64,000 bases of DNA, taken from Bdellovibrionota bacterium (GTDB lineage: Bacteria; Bdellovibrionota; UBA1018; CAIPTA01; JAALKR01). Shown piece after piece: positions 10,620-20,919 of this stretch; within the stretch, counting starts at the first letter, position 1, and each line of letters begins with the position of its first letter. The DNA is taken from positions 1,408,001 to 1,472,000 of the forward strand of contig CBDBMJ010000001.1 in assembly GCA_965207455.1 (NCBI GenBank). Reading direction: 5' to 3'. Made by a program: the position numbers and the translations under genes. The notes under the pieces were generated by a model. That model worked only from the letters and a program-made list of their open reading frames with translations. It was not told where the DNA came from and ran no database searches.

Positions 10620-13613
10620 TTATTGTGTACGACTACCTCTCGATTTTTCTGTTGGAGCAAATATTTCCAACTGCTTTCTCCTTAGCTCTTGAGCATCTGC
10701 AGGAAGTGGCCCCGTACTACACTCACCGAAAATCTTTTCAGCAGAATCTTCTATCGAGATCTTAGACCTTTTTTCTGAAAAGCCCTTTGGAGGATCCGTA
10801 ACTATTGCATCGTATACATAGGTTTTTTTACCTCCAATCAACATATCCAACCACTGATCAACACCATCTTTTTTATTTGTAGATTCGTAAACCCTAAATA
10901 TCACCGTCCCTAGTACTGGATTTAAAGCTTCAGCTCGAGCACGCAACATACGTACTTCCCCAGCAATGAAACACTCATATTTTCGTTTAGCTACTCCGTC
11001 ATTATTGATTACAACATTTGTTTTATCAACTCTGTACATGATACCATCTTTACCTGATTTAACAGCAGAATGTGTCTCTAGGTGTAGAAGACCATCCTCA
11101 ATCTTTTTACCATTGGCAAGACTTCCCTTTAAAAGCCAGATATTGTCCAAAGCCGCTAGACCTAATCTATCACCCTTCTCATCCTTTAATGCTACAAGTA
11201 CTCTTTGCTCCCCTGTATCCTTCGTTTCCTCTCGCATGTTCTCCACCCAAGCCTTAATTGGCAGACCATTATTATTAAATGCAAGAACTGGATCATTTTC
11301 ACAAAGCTTCATACCATCAAAACTCGATAAAGAACCCTTATATGGGTAACAGCCATCTTCTATATAACTTATATTAATATATCGTCCGGATTTACCCCCT
11401 TGCTCCCAATTTTTTATAGAATTGTAGCGTGTTGCTCCCCAGACTTCCTTATCATTAGAATGATCAGGACAATTGCTTCTAAGCGTATTCTCATCGCTAC
11501 CCTTAGCATACTCCACTGCCATACAAGCATTGACTAGACCAAGAGATTCAACCTTTTCCTTCAATTCATCTTGTGGAACATTACTTTTCAGCAAAATAGC
11601 ACGAAGTTCATCAACGCTTAAATTCGGATTTTCTCCCAATACTAGTGCTGCCACTCCAGCCATAATTGAGGCAGAAAAAGCAGTTCCCCAATTTGAAATA
11701 GTCTCATCTTTCGCTTCGGATTCGGAAAGAACATTTTCAAGAGATAAAGCTTCTACAAGTAATGGTGCCATAAGCTGAACATAGCGAGTACCATACATTA
11801 CATCAGTAGCAAGGCGACCATCAGGACTTGCTCCCGTTACGGCAAAAACATTATTATAGTCTTTAGAGAAACCTGCAGGATAAGGAACTGACCCAGATTT
11901 TGCAGCAAGATTATTTATCTCATCTATTGCCTTGTCTCTCTCTTTCTCAGATGTATTCTCGTCCACACCTAGTAATCGTAATGCATCTTCTCTACTCTTG
12001 CCCTTCAAAATTTCTTTATCTTGCTCGTAATAGTGTAAGTCTAAGGAAGCATTTTCAACAGCAGCAAAAATAGCAACATCATGTTTCTTAGCATACTCAA
12101 CGGCTTCTCGTAAATTATCTAGGTGACCAGCAAGCCTATGAAAACTACCAAATATTGGTGTAATAATAATTCTAACCCCCTTATCCACAGCATAGCGAAT
12201 TGCTTCAGGAAGATACTCTTCAAAAATCTTATATACTCCTCCATTACCGCTAATAGATATTGGAAGTATTTTTGCTCTAGGCGCTACGCCAAAGACAGGA
12301 GAGGCAGCAACACTGGCTACTTGAGTTCCGGTACCTTCACTATCATTAGGCATGGCATTGTTGAGAGCAAAGTTCCATCCAGCAATATCATCTACATAAC
12401 CATTCCCATCGTCATCCAATCCATTTCCTGGAACCTCACAAGATCCTGTTCGGACGTACTCACCCATACTGCTTTCACAAGAAGAATTGAGAATGTTTTG
12501 GTTGAGGTACTCACTATTATAAGCAACACCTGTGGCAATAACAGCTATGGCTACGCCATCCCCTTTTTTTGATCTCTCCCAAGCTTCCATACCACTGATC
12601 TGGTGTAAATGGGGATATTGTTTCACAAGGGCTGTTTTGTCCGATGGTGGCTCAACTCTAGTTGCCAAGGTTGAAAAAAGTTCTCCGCTTTCCACATGAA
12701 CTTTCTTTGAAACCATATTACATCTTCCATTTCGCGTATCTTTTGCGATAATATAAACTGAGTATGTTCCCACATCAGGAAATGAAAAATTAGCAGACCG
12801 AGAGTTGCTTCGAAAAACAACTAAATCCTTATTACCTTCTCCACAATACTCCACGCCATCCTTCTTAACGTGTTCGTTAGAGGGACAAGTGCTAATTACC
12901 CAAGTATAGAGTCCTTTTTCTTCCAACGAAGATAACTTCTTAAGTTTTTTATATTTATTGAACTCTTTCCTTGTATTGAATGAACTTTTCTGTATCTTAT
13001 TAGCATTATAGTTCGCATCACTGGAGAGCAAAACGTTCATCCCTTTAAAAATAGGCATGCTACCATCTTTATATTTTTTACCATTCATCGACCCATAGGC
13101 TGGATCATTTAAGGTTATAGAAGTATTTATCTTCAACGATATTTGCGCAGATCGTCGAGCAGCGCATTGAAACTCTTCTTGCATTCTGACTCCCAACATT
13201 GCTCCAAAGCTCGATGCCTGATATACACCTAGCAGCGCTTGCCTTTTGTACGTTGCAGTCTTTTTTGCCCTAGTATGTACGAATTCTCTTTCAAACGCCT
13301 CTTTAAATTTTTCCTCAAGGTCTTTATCGCTCATACCAAAAAGTGTGGGATCCTCTATCTTTTGTTCGTCAATGTAGCGAGTGATCTCTTTTTCATAACT
13401 TATCTTTATGTCACGTTCTCTATTAGAGTTTACAAGTTCCAAAATAGATTCTATGCGCTTGTTTTTTTCTGCTTCCAATTCCTGTAACAGTGCTTTCCCT
13501 TCTCTATGAAAAGTACCAGCCTCTATTGATGGTTCAGTGACAGCAACGCTTGCTTTTTGACAACTGACTAAAAAGAGCAAACCAACCCCTAAAATAATTT
13601 TTTGTGTTTTCAT
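10620..13613 (-). CDS. S8 subtilase-like lipoprotein with a degenerate catalytic triad (probable pseudoprotease)
   Basis: Start moved to MKTQK (AAGGAG RBS, lipobox LVSC). S8 motifs VAIAVIATG, DDDGNGYVDD.AGWNF, GTGTQVAS, GVAPRAKILPI and GTAFSASIMAGVAAL. Confidence 0.85.
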   Translation of the reverse strand: MKTQKIILGVGLLFLVSCQKASVAVTEPSIEAGTFHREGKALLQELEAEKNKRIESILELVNSNRERDIKISYEKEITRYIDEQKIEDPTLFGMSDKDLEEKFKEAFEREFVHTRAKKTATYKRQALLGVYQASSFGAMLGVRMQEEFQCAARRSAQISLKINTSITLNDPAYGSMNGKKYKDGSMPIFKGMNVLLSSDANYNANKIQKSSFNTRKEFNKYKKLKKLSSLEEKGLYTWVISTCPSNEHVKKDGVEYCGEGNKDLVVFRSNSRSANFSFPDVGTYSVYIIAKDTRNGRCNMVSKKVHVESGELFSTLATRVEPPSDKTALVKQYPHLHQISGMEAWERSKKGDGVAIAVIATGVAYNSEYLNQNILNSSCESSMGEYVRTGSCEVPGNGLDDDGNGYVDDIAGWNFALNNAMPNDSEGTGTQVASVAASPVFGVAPRAKILPISISGNGGVYKIFEEYLPEAIRYAVDKGVRIIITPIFGSFHRLAGHLDNLREAVEYAKKHDVAIFAAVENASLDLHYYEQDKEILKGKSREDALRLLGVDENTSEKERDKAIDEINNLAAKSGSVPYPAGFSKDYNNVFAVTGASPDGRLATDVMYGTRYVQLMAPLLVEALSLENVLSESEAKDETISNWGTAFSASIMAGVAALVLGENPNLSVDELRAILLKSNVPQDELKEKVESLGLVNACMAVEYAKGSDENTLRSNCPDHSNDKEVWGATRYNSIKNWEQGGKSGRYINISYIEDGCYPYKGSLSSFDGMKLCENDPVLAFNNNGLPIKAWVENMREETKDTGEQRVLVALKDEKGDRLGLAALDNIWLLKGSLANGKKIEDGLLHLETHSAVKSGKDGIMYRVDKTNVVINNDGVAKRKYECFIAGEVRMLRARAEALNPVLGTVIFRVYESTNKKDGVDQWLDMLIGGKKTYVYDAIVTDPPKGFSEKRSKISIEDSAEKIFGECSTGPLPADAQELRRKQLEIFAPTEKSRGSRTQ

Positions 13614-13626
13614 TGTTATCTCCTTT

Positions 13627-15861
13627 CTACTCTTTGTTTTCATTATTGCTCCCTTCTGCATTTAAGCGTTGTTTCTCTTGTTCTCGAATTTCAATAAGAT
13701 CTCTCATTATATTCACCGCTTCCATTTCGTGCATTCTTGTCTCTAAAAAAGTAAAATTAACCGAAGATGCTAAATCTTTCCGACGCTGCAACTCTTCTGC
13801 AAACTCTGCAACGCTTTCTTCCCCACTTCTCGATTTCTTATAATATTCATCAAGAGCCTTTATTTCATTTTTAATTTTTTGAAATCCTTCATTATTCATC
13901 ACACGATCTCTAGACCTGAGATGGAGTTGCGAAATTTCTTCAGCACGCATACGATCCCACAAAGTTCCTGCACCTGTCTCTGTATCAGCAGATAGAAACG
14001 GATCTATGGAGTATTCTTTCACTTTTTCAAGCCTCACTTTCCTTTTTTCTTGTGATTCAATGGTATTATAAATACTTGGAATAGATATATCAGATTTCAC
14101 CCCTCTTACATTTGGACTATGACCACTAGGAGTATAAAATACTGCAGTATTAATTCTGAAAAACCCATAAAGAAAACTACCTTTATCAGCTCTTTGATTA
14201 CCATTGACAATACCTTGCACAGAACCTTTTCCAAATGTGGTACCTGTCCCTACTATCAAAGCACGACCATAATCCTTCAAAATACCTGAAAATATCTCAG
14301 CGGCAGATGCACTAGCGCCATTTACAAGAACAATCATGGGACCATTATAATGGGCACTTAAATCATCGACTTCATCTGCATAACGTACTACTTCTGGCAA
14401 CTCATCAGAATAGAGACCATCATCAGTAAGAGGTGGTCCAAAATAATCATGAGTAGCAAGAGTTATTCCTTTTTTTATAAATAAATTAGAAATTCCCACA
14501 CCTGTGCTTAAACCTCCACCGCCATTATTTCTGAGATCCACAATCAAGCCATCGGCTCCCTGCTCATGGACTTCTTTTATTCCAGCCTTGACGTCCAAAT
14601 AACCTTTATTACGTTTTCTCCTTTTGCCATATTCAAAAACAGAAAGTTTAATATGAGCAATTTTTAATACCTTATTATCTGCTGTAGGTATAGAATGAAA
14701 CTTTACAATTGATCTTCCAACATCTATTTTTTTGCGTACCAAACTTACTATAAAAGGTTCATTCACTCCAGAACGACGAATCTGCAAGCGCACAATAGAA
14801 TCTTCTTTTCCTGTTATTAAATCCACAACTTCTTGGATATTTTTTTTTCGCAAGCTCTCCATTGCGCCGTCTTCTCCCTGTCCAACAGCAAGTATTACAT
14901 CAGTACTTTGAAATTTTCCCGATTTTTTTGCAGGACCACCCGGTATTAGTTCTTGAATCAGCACTTCTTCATTTAACATACCAAGCTGAGCTCCAATACC
15001 TGTTATCTTTTCAGTCAAAATAAACTCACTATCTTTAATTTGAAATATATTATAGCCGTCTAAACCTTGACCATACGAAAATTGAACCATCTCTAATAAT
15101 CGTACTTCACCCATTTCTTTCGCTTCTTTCAAAGTACCTTCATAAGTAGAAAGAATCTCATCTTTTATTTTTTGTAAATTCTCTTCTCCTCTGCTGCTTA
15201 ATTCTTGAACAATTCTGAAGTGAGTATTTGATCGAATTCTATCTTTTTGATCCTCCAGATTTGATGCCCAACCTGTTTTACCATGATCTCTTTTTACTGT
15301 CATATCAAGAGCATAGTTCCGCAAAATTTCCTTCACATTTTCTAATTGTCTTTCTTCTGCCTCTACTATTACTTTTTTCATGGGATCAATCCACTTGGAG
15401 CAATTGTTTTCACTTTTCGACAAAAGACCCTCAAAATAACTGCCTAAGTTTTGTGCAAGATAACTGGCCTCATCAATAAAAAACATCTTCTTGTCTGGAT
15501 CCAGTACTTTAAGGAATTCAACTCTAGCGTTCTCCATGTTCTTATAAAAACCATCGACCGTTTCACTCCACGCCTGCTTTGGTGTCAAGTCCCCTTCCCC
15601 TACTCTTTTAATGCGCTTGGCGTGTTCTAGGCGAACGCTAAATTCCCAATTCCACCTAGAAAAGACTGAGTTCATATACTTGCAGTTCTTTCCCCCTGTT
15701 GTTTTTATTTCCTTTGGATCAGTTACACTACTGTCTGGAGCTGACCCATCATTGGATTGCCCTGAGCAAGCAGATAGGAATACTAATGCCAAAGCAAATG
15801 TAGCTTTTTCCATCCTATTACGACCAACTTTTATCAATCTCAATAATGTAACTTTTTCCAT
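13627..15861 (-). CDS. Carboxy-terminal processing protease (S41A, Prc/Tsp-like) lipoprotein with PDZ domain
   Basis: GIGA and PGGPAKKSG (PDZ), DLRNNGGG, SASAAEIF and TFGKGSVQ; lipobox LSAC. Start at 15861 has a GAGGAGG RBS; alternative start at 15813. Confidence 0.88.
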   Translation of the reverse strand: MEKVTLLRLIKVGRNRMEKATFALALVFLSACSGQSNDGSAPDSSVTDPKEIKTTGGKNCKYMNSVFSRWNWEFSVRLEHAKRIKRVGEGDLTPKQAWSETVDGFYKNMENARVEFLKVLDPDKKMFFIDEASYLAQNLGSYFEGLLSKSENNCSKWIDPMKKVIVEAEERQLENVKEILRNYALDMTVKRDHGKTGWASNLEDQKDRIRSNTHFRIVQELSSRGEENLQKIKDEILSTYEGTLKEAKEMGEVRLLEMVQFSYGQGLDGYNIFQIKDSEFILTEKITGIGAQLGMLNEEVLIQELIPGGPAKKSGKFQSTDVILAVGQGEDGAMESLRKKNIQEVVDLITGKEDSIVRLQIRRSGVNEPFIVSLVRKKIDVGRSIVKFHSIPTADNKVLKIAHIKLSVFEYGKRRKRNKGYLDVKAGIKEVHEQGADGLIVDLRNNGGGGLSTGVGISNLFIKKGITLATHDYFGPPLTDDGLYSDELPEVVRYADEVDDLSAHYNGPMIVLVNGASASAAEIFSGILKDYGRALIVGTGTTFGKGSVQGIVNGNQRADKGSFLYGFFRINTAVFYTPSGHSPNVRGVKSDISIPSIYNTIESQEKRKVRLEKVKEYSIDPFLSADTETGAGTLWDRMRAEEISQLHLRSRDRVMNNEGFQKIKNEIKALDEYYKKSRSGEESVAEFAEELQRRKDLASSVNFTFLETRMHEMEAVNIMRDLIEIREQEKQRLNAEGSNNENKE

Positions 15862-15998
15862 AATTTGCCTCCTCGCTCTATGTAAAAAATTCACAATACT
15901 ATATGCCGCATTAGATGTCAAGCGTAATTTCTAACTATATGCATTTTACATGCATTTATTTTCAAAAAATTGTAAACAATTGAAATTAAAGGATTTTT
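15847..15998 (-). promoter_or_regulatory. Duplicated promoter/leader region, copy 1 (sigma70-like TTGACA-N17-TATTGT)
   Basis: -35 at 15916-15921 and -10 at 15893-15898. Core 15881-15928 is 47/48 identical to 16985-17032. Confidence 0.75.
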
Positions 15999-16289
15999 CA
16001 GACCTGACCCTTATCCGCTTTCGCTAAATTCTCCTGATGCAGCGGGACTAAATTGGTGGGACGACGAGTTAAGATAATTATTTGCGATGCGATATTATAG
16101 GGGCTTCCTCCCAATATCTCCAGCACTAGAGAGGCCATGAGAACGTTCAATCAAAAAACTCAGCAAAAGGTCATAGGTTTTGAAAAGCAAGCACTGATAT
16201 TATGCAGCACCCATAGCTTAATAGTTTTAAAAATTTTTTCTCCTCTTGAATAGAAATAAAATAAACTACAGAGTTACGATCATCGCAGA

Positions 16290-16916
16290 TTATTCAGTTG
16301 GTGGCGTCTTGCTGCATGGAGTATTAAAATCACCACATACCTCATCAGGTTGATAACCTAACTGCCCATATCTGCCATCTCCCCAACATTTCAGTTCCGT
16401 AATAATCCTCTCCTTAGAATAAGCTTTTCCAACATTAAAATTTGCACAGCTATGATTTCTACCTACATGAAGTGTAACAGCTTCTTTTATGCCCAAAACC
16501 AAAACAGCTGTCATTATTGGGCTATCCTCTGTAGTACCATTACCTAACTGTCCAAAGTCATTCTTTCCCCAACATTTCATGGAGCCTTTCTCATTAACCT
16601 CAGGAGTCTCTTCATCATCATCGATAACTGCACAGCCATGAGTCATCGTCCAGGAAACATTAGTCGCATTTTTTATACCAGAAACCAATACTAATAAATC
16701 CTTATCATTAGTTTTATACCAGCACCCTACAGAACCCTTCCCATTAACTTTAACCATTTTTTTATTATCATCTAAAATTTCACAGTATTTAATCTTGCCA
16801 TAAGCACTTAAATCAATGGCGTTCTTTACATCAACGTCATTACTTTTCTCATCAGCCCCACCACAACCAATCAGTGTAGTGATGGCAAATACGCTCACTA
16901 TAATTATATTTTTCAT
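16290..16916 (-). CDS. Short RCC1-repeat lipoprotein
   Basis: Lipobox LIGC; KCWGKNDFGQLGNG and KCWGDGRYGQLG repeats; only about 2-3 blades. Confidence 0.75.
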   Translation of the reverse strand: MKNIIIVSVFAITTLIGCGGADEKSNDVDVKNAIDLSAYGKIKYCEILDDNKKMVKVNGKGSVGCWYKTNDKDLLVLVSGIKNATNVSWTMTHGCAVIDDDEETPEVNEKGSMKCWGKNDFGQLGNGTTEDSPIMTAVLVLGIKEAVTLHVGRNHSCANFNVGKAYSKERIITELKCWGDGRYGQLGYQPDEVCGDFNTPCSKTPPTE

Positions 16917-16950
16917 ACTATTTACCTCTTTCTTATAATCCAGTTAATCT

Positions 16951-17103
16951 TGTAACTTTTCCCATAACCTATCTCCCATCACCGTGTAAAAAATTCACAA
17001 TACTATATGCCGCATTAGCTGTCAAGCGTAATCTTTGAATATATACATTTTTACACACATTTATTTGCTAAAAATCATAAATAACTGAAATTAAAGGATT
17101 TTT
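16951..17103 (-). promoter_or_regulatory. Duplicated promoter/leader region, copy 2
   Basis: -35 at 17020-17025 and -10 at 16997-17002. Also shares TGAAATTAAAGGATTTTT and TGTAACTTTT.CCATAA with copy 1. Confidence 0.75.
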
Positions 17104-17209
17104 TAATTTTGATTTTTATCTGCGCTGCCCAAGATTTCTTGATGCGCCATAGCTAATTTTATGGAGCGACGAGCTATGGATGCAATTTGCGTAGCGGCAT
17201 AATAAGGGC

Positions 17210-18907
17210 TTATACCGCAGATGAGCGGCGTCGAAAGAGAAGGGCACTGTAAGCCACAAAAATAACCTGTACTGCGGAATATAGAAACACCCCAGGATTT
17301 CCGCCGCTAGAGAATCCATAGCTATGTAAGCCTGCCCCTAAAACAAAGTTCACTCCGTACCAGGCCATAAGCACCAGTAAAAAGGCAAGAATACACCAAC
17401 ATAAAAAACCAAAGTCCCCTACCATGCCTCGAAAACGGGCATGCACTAGGGCCACATAACCCAAAAATGCAATTAAAGCCCAGGTCTCCTTAGGATCCCA
17501 ACCCCAGAATCGTCCCCATGAGTAGTCCGCCCAGACACCTCCAAGGATAGTGCCTGCCCCTAAAAGCACCACCCCCACCTGCACGGAACGATATGCATAG
17601 TGGGCCATCTCTTTGAGACTTTGCTTGCTGGGAGTACGTCCAAAAAAAACAATGGGCGCGATGGCTATATTACTAATGGCAAGAGAAAGGGCAAAGGCTG
17701 CATATCCCAGCGTAATGGTAAGAACATGAATAAGGAGCCAGAAGTTACTTCTCAGTACTGGCTCTAGGGGATGGATGCTCTCGTCCAAGATGGTTGTGAA
17801 CGTGTCCGCAAGAAGCAAACAAAGAACGGAAAAGCCCAAAGCACAAATAGAAATAAGAGGTTTTTTATAAATAAATTGTAGGATGGATCCAAAGAGCAGG
17901 CAGCCAAAGGCCACCCATACTACGGATTCGTACATGTTGGAAACGGGTGGACGACCAGCAATCAGTACTCGTAAAATAAACCCATAGAGCATCAGAAGAA
18001 AGGTAAGTGCTAGGGTGGTATTGCCCAAATAGGAATATATTTTTTTTTGACTAACGACGAGAAAGCTTAGAAAAATCATAGCCAACAAACCCACCACCCA
18101 GGACCAACGGAATGGACGAAAGTGGTTATAGTGAACCTCTATAGCCATCTTCCAATGGGGAGGGTAAACGTCAGGATTCACCTTACTTACTATTGCCGTA
18201 AAATCTTTTATTTTTTCTAGGGTGCGCGCCTGAACTAAGGGGTCTTTATTCTCAAAGGTAGCAATAATTAACCAAAAGCGAATATTGGCATCGCCCTTGA
18301 GACTCTTGAGCCCATTCCATGGAGCCTCTCTGGGGCTTCCCTTGGGGGGAGGAAAAAGTCGAAAGGCGTCCCCAGAGGTGATTTGCTGAAAAAAAGAAAC
18401 CTGATCCCGAATGCGAGCCACGCCTTGAAAGTAGGCATCTAGTTTTTCCGACTTGTCTTCCTTCTGCTCTAAGGTTTGAATCAATGGAAAGAAGGATGGA
18501 CTTGTTGTGAGTTCTGTTATGGAAAAGGTTTTTTTGTCGGTCGGAAAGCCCAGATCCTCTTTCAATGCACGGTGGGTGACGGAAATAAAGGGATGTTTTT
18601 GCCAAAAGTCCGGCAGGAGGAGCATGGTAAGTATCAACTCCACTGGACTGCGTCCCCCTAGGCTCTCTTTGCCATGGAGTAGTTTCATGCCTTCACGGGC
18701 AAAAGTATCTAGGGGCTTGATGCGTCCGCCTGATTGTAGGGGCATGAGTCCTAGGGCTTCTACTGCGGCAGTGGGGCGGGCAGGGCGCTCTAAGGGGTTT
18801 TTTTCTATGTTCTTTGGTGTGTTTTGGGCGAATAGGTGGGCTGTGGGCAATAGGAAAATACTGCACTGGAGGAGAGAGAGAAGAACGATTTTTAATTTTT
18901 TTCTCAT
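17210..18907 (-). CDS. ccsA: System II cytochrome c biogenesis protein CcsA/ResC
   Basis: WWD-domain motif WADYSWGRFWGWDPKETWALI; GLHSYG; P.SNMYES. Confidence 0.92.
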   Translation of the reverse strand: MRKKLKIVLLSLLQCSIFLLPTAHLFAQNTPKNIEKNPLERPARPTAAVEALGLMPLQSGGRIKPLDTFAREGMKLLHGKESLGGRSPVELILTMLLLPDFWQKHPFISVTHRALKEDLGFPTDKKTFSITELTTSPSFFPLIQTLEQKEDKSEKLDAYFQGVARIRDQVSFFQQITSGDAFRLFPPPKGSPREAPWNGLKSLKGDANIRFWLIIATFENKDPLVQARTLEKIKDFTAIVSKVNPDVYPPHWKMAIEVHYNHFRPFRWSWVVGLLAMIFLSFLVVSQKKIYSYLGNTTLALTFLLMLYGFILRVLIAGRPPVSNMYESVVWVAFGCLLFGSILQFIYKKPLISICALGFSVLCLLLADTFTTILDESIHPLEPVLRSNFWLLIHVLTITLGYAAFALSLAISNIAIAPIVFFGRTPSKQSLKEMAHYAYRSVQVGVVLLGAGTILGGVWADYSWGRFWGWDPKETWALIAFLGYVALVHARFRGMVGDFGFLCWCILAFLLVLMAWYGVNFVLGAGLHSYGFSSGGNPGVFLYSAVQVIFVAYSALLFRRRSSAV

Positions 18908-20439
18908 ACTGTTGTGTCCCCCATTTTAGCGGCCCCCATTTTAGCGGCCCCCATTTTAGCGGCCTCTATTTTGGCAGCCTTTCGTTTTTTTAGAAATTTA
19001 CTTTTGCCTGAATAGATGGGGCGAAAATAAAATAAAAGTAGGATGCCGGTGATTAGAAAAACACATCCGAGGTATTTAAGCAAGCGACCTGGGTCTCGGT
19101 TGACGGATAGTACGGAAATCACGGGCTCGCCCGTTATGTCTGTGGAATAGCTTGCCTGATAAAATGTAAAACTACGGTGCTCTAGAGGCTCGTTCATGCT
19201 GATGCGAATGTCCTTGTCGCCAACATTTACCAAACTGCTATAGGACATGGCTCGTCGGGTTCCTGGGTAAAACTCCACTTCAAAGTCCTTTAAGGTAATC
19301 TGGAAATTTAACTCCACCTCTTTCCTTGCATACTGGACGTAAAATAATTCTTTTCCCTTGAAAATCTGAATCGCTGTACCCAACTCAATCCAACGTTTTT
19401 CTCCTTCCACGTCCATGTGAATGACCTCTACGGTGCCCTTGCCAGCAGTGGGACTCTTTTCATACTTCACATGGGGAATGGCCTGTTCATAGAACTCCTC
19501 CACAACAATTTGAAAATCCATCCATCCAAGGGAAAGGGGTTTGCCTTGGCGGATCCTGCCCTTGGGTTCCAGTTGGACGCTCCCGGGTCGCACTATGGCT
19601 GCCTGGAGTACGGGCTTTTGTTTTGGTCCGGATTTCTTAGGGTCGAAATATAAGTACAGCACATGCTTCTTTGGCGCTTTCAATAGTTCAGGTCTGCCTT
19701 TTTGAAAGTGGACAATAGCAGGACCCAGATCAATAAAGGATCTTCCGTTTAAAAAAAGCCATTCGTTGATGTTGGCCCGGGAGCCGTCCATACGAAAATG
19801 TATGGCAGGCACGCCCCTGTCCGGAACGTCGGAAAACTTCACACCTATCTTTCGTTGGGCATGGGACCACCAATCCAATAACTGCACCGTCAATAAACGC
19901 TCCTTAGGTGAATCAGGACTTACTATCTTCTGAGGAATAGAAACATTCCACACAGACGGTGTATCCAAAGAAGCTATTCCCAGCGCCTGACTAAAAATCA
20001 ATTCATAACTCTTCTGCTGATTCGCTAAAAAAATATTCAAATATTTCTCTTTCACCTGCACCCGACTAGCGGATTCTCCCTCTCCCAATACCACTGTTCC
20101 ATCCACGCCCCAGTTTCGGGTAAGAAAAGAACCAATTAAAATAACAAGAATACCCAAGTGGGTGACGAGAAAACCAATATGATGTCTTTTCCAAGGGATT
20201 CGGCTAAGGGCTGCAAATAAAACATTGACGAAAAAAAAAATCAGCACAGTGGTAAACCACCAACTGTGATAAACAACAGTTTGAGCCTCCTCCATTCCAT
20301 GGCGAGCTTCATAGATTGTCCCCCAAGCAGAGAGAAACGCTATGGAGAGAATAATAAAAACAGCTAGTTTCAAGGAGGAAAAAAAATCAAATAGGATCTG
20401 TAGGTAGTGCCAGATGCTTTTATGTTTTCCAGTAGTCAA
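18904..20439 (-). CDS. resB: System II cytochrome c biogenesis protein ResB/Ccs1
   Basis: FSSLKLAV, GFLVTHLG, ISMNEPL...FTFYQASY and VNRDPG motifs; overlaps the ccsA start. Confidence 0.88.
   Translation of the reverse strand: MTTGKHKSIWHYLQILFDFFSSLKLAVFIILSIAFLSAWGTIYEARHGMEEAQTVVYHSWWFTTVLIFFFVNVLFAALSRIPWKRHHIGFLVTHLGILVILIGSFLTRNWGVDGTVVLGEGESASRVQVKEKYLNIFLANQQKSYELIFSQALGIASLDTPSVWNVSIPQKIVSPDSPKERLLTVQLLDWWSHAQRKIGVKFSDVPDRGVPAIHFRMDGSRANINEWLFLNGRSFIDLGPAIVHFQKGRPELLKAPKKHVLYLYFDPKKSGPKQKPVLQAAIVRPGSVQLEPKGRIRQGKPLSLGWMDFQIVVEEFYEQAIPHVKYEKSPTAGKGTVEVIHMDVEGEKRWIELGTAIQIFKGKELFYVQYARKEVELNFQITLKDFEVEFYPGTRRAMSYSSLVNVGDKDIRISMNEPLEHRSFTFYQASYSTDITGEPVISVLSVNRDPGRLLKYLGCVFLITGILLLFYFRPIYSGKSKFLKKRKAAKIEAAKMGAAKMGAAKMGDTTV
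18918..18977. repeat. 15-bp coding tandem repeat CCCCCATTTTAGCGG x3 plus one degenerate copy (AAKMG repeats at the ResB C-terminus)
   Basis: Read directly from the sequence. Confidence 0.9.
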
Positions 20440-20492
20440 GGTGTGTGTTACCTCTTATTTTAAGTCCTTTGGGTATTGGTAGTGAGAGAGGG

Positions 20493-20852
20493 CTACTGCT
20501 TGGATGGCGCTTTCTTCTTGCCAGCTTTACCTTCTGCTTTGACCTTTACTTTGGCCTTGGGTTTCTTGGGCATAGCTTCACTCGAGGCCTCAGGAGTAAA
20601 ATCATCAAATACGGATTTTTTAGAGGAGGATCTCTGGATACGGGTGAGTGTTATCGCGCTAATCACCAAAAGTATGGCTAGTATACCGGTAAGTTTTGTA
20701 AGAAAGTTACTGGCCCCAGTGGTACCAAATAACGACTGTGATGTTCCACCACCCATTATAAATCCACCGCCCTTGCCTGGCTGTAATAATACTGTAATGG
20801 TAAGAAATATAGCTAAAATCGCATGGATGATTACGATAACGTTCACTGACAT
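20493..20852 (-). CDS. secG: Preprotein translocase subunit SecG
   Basis: VLLQPGKGGG...SQSLFG...NFLTKLT; follows tpiA. Confidence 0.93.
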   Translation of the reverse strand: MSVNVIVIIHAILAIFLTITVLLQPGKGGGFIMGGGTSQSLFGTTGASNFLTKLTGILAILLVISAITLTRIQRSSSKKSVFDDFTPEASSEAMPKKPKAKVKVKAEGKAGKKKAPSKQ

Positions 20853-20919
20853 ATTTTCGCTCCTTTTTTCTGCTTCTTCCCTAGAGCCCTTAAGAGAGCT
20901 AGAGAGTCACAGACTAGCA

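Noticed and set aside
13627..15861. Possible inactivation of the S41 protease (SASAAE instead of SASASE)
   Set aside because: The nucleophile position (third residue of the motif) and the FGKG Lys are retained; the change affects a non-catalytic Ser.
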